Position numbers and translations under genes: made by a program. Shown here in pieces: positions 6,049 through 8,410 of a stretch of 8,410 nucleotides of DNA (positions are counted from its first letter, which is position 1; every line of letters starts with the position of its first letter). The notes under the pieces were generated by a model. That model was not told where the DNA came from. It saw only the letters and a list, made by a program, of their open reading frames with translations, and did no database searches. The stretch spans positions 91,123-99,532 of the forward strand of contig CAJTPP010000001.1 of assembly GCA_910578235.1 (NCBI GenBank), given 5' to 3'. The DNA comes from an uncultured Clostridia bacterium (GTDB taxonomy: Bacteria; Bacillota; Clostridia; UBA1381).

Positions 6049-7125
6049 ATGGATCAATATATGCGCCGAGCCATTGAACTCGCCCGCAAAGGTACAGGCT
6101 TTGTAAACCCAAATCCGCTTGTCGGAGCGGTCATTGTCAAAGACGGTAAAATTATCGGAGAAGGCTGGCATAAAAAGTACGGAGATTTACATGCGGAGCG
6201 TAACGCTTTAAAAAACTGTTCTGTATCTACAAATGGCGCGGATATGTTTGTAACTCTGGAACCATGTTGTCATCACGGTAAAAATCCTCCTTGTACCGAG
6301 GCTGTTATTGCAAGCGGAATTAAGAGGATTTATGTCGGCTCTTCTGATCCTAATCCTCTCGTTGCGGGTAAAGGCGTACAAATACTGCGCGATAATGGTA
6401 TTGAAGTAATTGAAGGTTTCCTAAAAGATGAATGCGACAAATTAAATGATATTTTCTTCCATTATATCTCAACTCAAACTCCTTATGTGATATTAAAAGC
6501 GGCAGTGACAGCCGATGGAAAAATCGCCGCTTGCACAGGTAACTCAAAATGGATAACCAATAAAAAATCACGCGCGCATACTCACGAAACAAGAAAACGG
6601 GTGTCCGCTATACTCGTTGGCATTAATACGGTAATTAATGATGATCCAATGTTAAATTGCAGATCAAAGACCCCGTCAGATCCTGCCAGAATAATTTGCG
6701 ATAGTACGCTTCGTATTCCTATAAATTCTAATATTGTCAGAACCGCAAAAGATATTCCGACTTATATCGCATGTGTTTCAGAAGATACAGAAAAAAAGAA
6801 TTTACTTTCAAAATATGGCGTTCATATTTTGACACTGCCGTCTGATACGGGTATCATTAATCTTGCAGAGCTGATGAGAATTTTGGGGGAAATGAATTTT
6901 GACAGCGTGCTTATTGAAGGAGGCGCATCTATACATGCAAGCGCACTAAAGTCCGGTATAGTCAATAAAGTGCAGTGGTATATTGCTCCAAAAATAATAG
7001 GCGGCGACGGAAAAAATGCCGTTTCATCGTTAGGAATTACACGAGCAGCGGATGCTCATAGGCTGCGTAATCCGCATATAACTTTTTTTGATGATGATAT
7101 TTTAATAGAATATGAGGTAAAATAA
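6049..7125 (+). CDS. ribD: Bifunctional diaminohydroxyphosphoribosylaminopyrimidine deaminase / 5-amino-6-(5-phosphoribosylamino)uracil reductase
   Basis: MDQYMRRAIELARKG..NPLVGAVIVKDGKIIGEGWH..HAERNAL..VTLEPCCHHGKNPPCTEAVI..GIKRIYVG..DPNP contains the CDA zinc motifs HAE and PCxxxxxxxxC. It is followed by the reductase domain (PYVILKAAVTADGKIA...SKWIT). The start is moved to the ATG at 6049 (GAGGTG RBS 8 nt upstream), because the track start at 5986 lies inside the riboswitch aptamer. Confidence 0.93.
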   Translation: MDQYMRRAIELARKGTGFVNPNPLVGAVIVKDGKIIGEGWHKKYGDLHAERNALKNCSVSTNGADMFVTLEPCCHHGKNPPCTEAVIASGIKRIYVGSSDPNPLVAGKGVQILRDNGIEVIEGFLKDECDKLNDIFFHYISTQTPYVILKAAVTADGKIAACTGNSKWITNKKSRAHTHETRKRVSAILVGINTVINDDPMLNCRSKTPSDPARIICDSTLRIPINSNIVRTAKDIPTYIACVSEDTEKKNLLSKYGVHILTLPSDTGIINLAELMRILGEMNFDSVLIEGGASIHASALKSGIVNKVQWYIAPKIIGGDGKNAVSSLGITRAADAHRLRNPHITFFDDDILIEYEVK

Positions 7126-7126
7126 T

Positions 7127-7756
7127 ATGTTCACAGGTATTATAGAAGAAATAGGAAAAATATCTTCAATAAAACACAATTCGCTTTCCTGCGAGCTTAC
7201 TATAAGCGCATCCGTTATATTTGATGATCTGAAAACAGGCGACAGTGTGGCTGTCAATGGAACATGTCTTACGGCATCGTATATAGACGGACACACATTT
7301 AAAGCGGATGTTATGGCGGAAACAATGCGAAAAAGTAATCTGGGTCTTTTGAAAACAGGCTCCAATGTCAATCTTGAACGCGCCATGCCCGTAAATGGTC
7401 GTTTCGGCGGGCATATCGTTTCCGGCCATATTGATGGAACGGGCTTTATTCAATCTCTTGTCCGTGAGGATAACGCTGTATGGGCAACAGTGACCGCTGA
7501 TGAAAATATAATGAAATATATCATTATGAAAGGTTCTGTGGCAATTGACGGCATAAGTCTGACAGTGGCAAAAGTATATAAGGATGCGTTTGCTGTGTCA
7601 CTTATTCCCCATACCGCATGTGAAACAACTTTGCTTTCACGGCGATCCGGAGACAAAGTAAATCTTGAATGTGATATTATTGGGAAATATGTTGAAAAGC
7701 TCATAGGAAAATCAAACGGTATAACCGAAGATTTTCTAAAAAAATATAATTTTTAG
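7127..7756 (+). CDS. ribE: Riboflavin synthase (alpha chain)
   Basis: 209 aa with the canonical MFTGIIEEIGKI N-terminus and the internal duplication (GDSVAVNGTCLT / GSVAIDGISLTV). It starts 1 nt after the ribD stop. Confidence 0.95.
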   Translation: MFTGIIEEIGKISSIKHNSLSCELTISASVIFDDLKTGDSVAVNGTCLTASYIDGHTFKADVMAETMRKSNLGLLKTGSNVNLERAMPVNGRFGGHIVSGHIDGTGFIQSLVREDNAVWATVTADENIMKYIIMKGSVAIDGISLTVAKVYKDAFAVSLIPHTACETTLLSRRSGDKVNLECDIIGKYVEKLIGKSNGITEDFLKKYNF

Positions 7757-7770
7757 GAGGTTTTATATAA

Positions 7771-8410
7771 ATGTTTGAATTTGATAAAATTGAACAAGCT
7801 CTATACGATCTGAGAAACGGCAAAGTAATTCTTGTTACAGATGATCCTGATCGTGAAAATGAAGGCGATTTAATTTGCGCCGCACAATACGCTACCACAG
7901 AAAATGTAAATCTTATGGCAACATACGCAAAAGGACTTATATGTATGCCAATGTGCAGTGAATATATCACAAAACTCGGACTTCGTCCCATGGTATCTAA
8001 CAATACTGATAATCACTGTACCGCTTTTACCGAATCGATTGATTATATATCTACTACGACAGGTATTTCCGCCGAAGAGCGTGGAATTACGGCGCGTATG
8101 TGTGCTGAGCCTTCGTCATCTCCTTTGGATTTCCGCCGTCCGGGCCATATGTTTCCGCTGGAAGCAAAGCAAGGAGGTGTTCTTGAACGTAACGGGCACA
8201 CAGAGGCTACAGTTGACCTGCTTCGTCTTGCAGGGTTATCAGCTGTAGGATTATGCTGTGAAATTATGGCAGATGACGGTACAATGATGCAGAAAACCGA
8301 GCTTATTGAATTTGCAAAAACACATAGTCTTACATTTATTACAATAAAAGATTTGCAAGCATATCGGCGCAGACACGATAAATTTATGGTACGCGTTTCA
8401 AAAGCAGCCC
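7771..8410 (+). CDS. ribBA: Bifunctional 3,4-dihydroxy-2-butanone-4-phosphate synthase / GTP cyclohydrolase II, N-terminal (DHBP synthase) part; continues beyond the right edge
   Basis: Hand translation from the ATG at 7771 (AGGAGG RBS 7755-7760): [42 protein letters not shown]...TAFTESID...[28 protein letters not shown]...[10 protein letters not shown]. This closely parallels B. subtilis RibA. The frame is open to base 8410. Not in the ORF track because there is no stop in the window. Confidence 0.93.
   Translation, partial: MFEFDKIEQALYDLRNGKVILVTDDPDRENEGDLICAAQYATTENVNLMATYAKGLICMPMCSEYITKLGLRPMVSNNTDNHCTAFTESIDYISTTTGISAEERGITARMCAEPSSSPLDFRRPGHMFPLEAKQGGVLERNGHTEATVDLLRLAGLSAVGLCCEIMADDGTMMQKTELIEFAKTHSLTFITIKDLQAYRRRHDKFMVRVSKAA

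Noticed and set aside
6350-8248. ORFs 6350..6592 (-), 7102..7386 (-), 7166..7453 (-), 7450..7704 (-), 7701..8003 (-) and 7958..8248 (+)
   Set aside because: All lie inside or overlap ribD, ribE or ribBA, which are clearly identified by conserved motifs. These ORFs are antisense or off-frame shadows.
5714-8410. Functional link between the rib operon and the GRE operon (FMN to flavodoxin to activase reduction)
   Set aside because: The divergent adjacency is the only evidence. The rib operon has its own promoter and riboswitch, and it is a housekeeping locus found in many contexts.
1-8410. Mobile elements, CRISPR repeats, tandem repeats, tRNA or rRNA, or compositional islands
   Set aside because: I saw no direct or terminal repeats, no integrase or transposase-like ORFs, no spaced repeat arrays and no obvious GC shift on reading through. 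The window looks like native chromosome.

Overview
Low-GC (roughly 37-40%) Firmicutes/Clostridia-like chromosomal window with two divergent blocks. Minus strand, in transcription order: a self-contained three-gene operon at 5713->1934. It encodes a B12-independent glycyl radical enzyme (GRE) of the glycerol/1,2-propanediol dehydratase type (843 aa), a short radical-SAM GRE activase (263 aa) and a small GNAT acetyltransferase. The operon has its own sigma-A-like promoter and ends in an intrinsic terminator. Downstream on the same strand lie a separately promoted CdaR/PucR-family regulator with its terminator, and then the 5' part of an S41 C-terminal processing protease that runs off the left edge. 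Plus strand: promoter, FMN riboswitch, then ribD-ribE-ribBA (ribBA runs off the right edge). The two edge-truncated genes (1..562 minus, 7771..8410 plus) are absent from the supplied ORF track. No CRISPR array, mobile element, tRNA or rRNA was seen. The most interesting part is the GRE operon. It looks like a diol dehydratase by active-site residues. However, the transcription unit contains no microcompartment shell genes or aldehyde-handling genes. Its activase lacks the ferredoxin-like auxiliary-cluster insert. A GNAT gene is tightly coupled to the activase gene. A perfect 22-bp palindrome lies upstream of its promoter, and a sugar-diacid-type regulator is adjacent. Substrate and physiological role cannot be settled from sequence alone.
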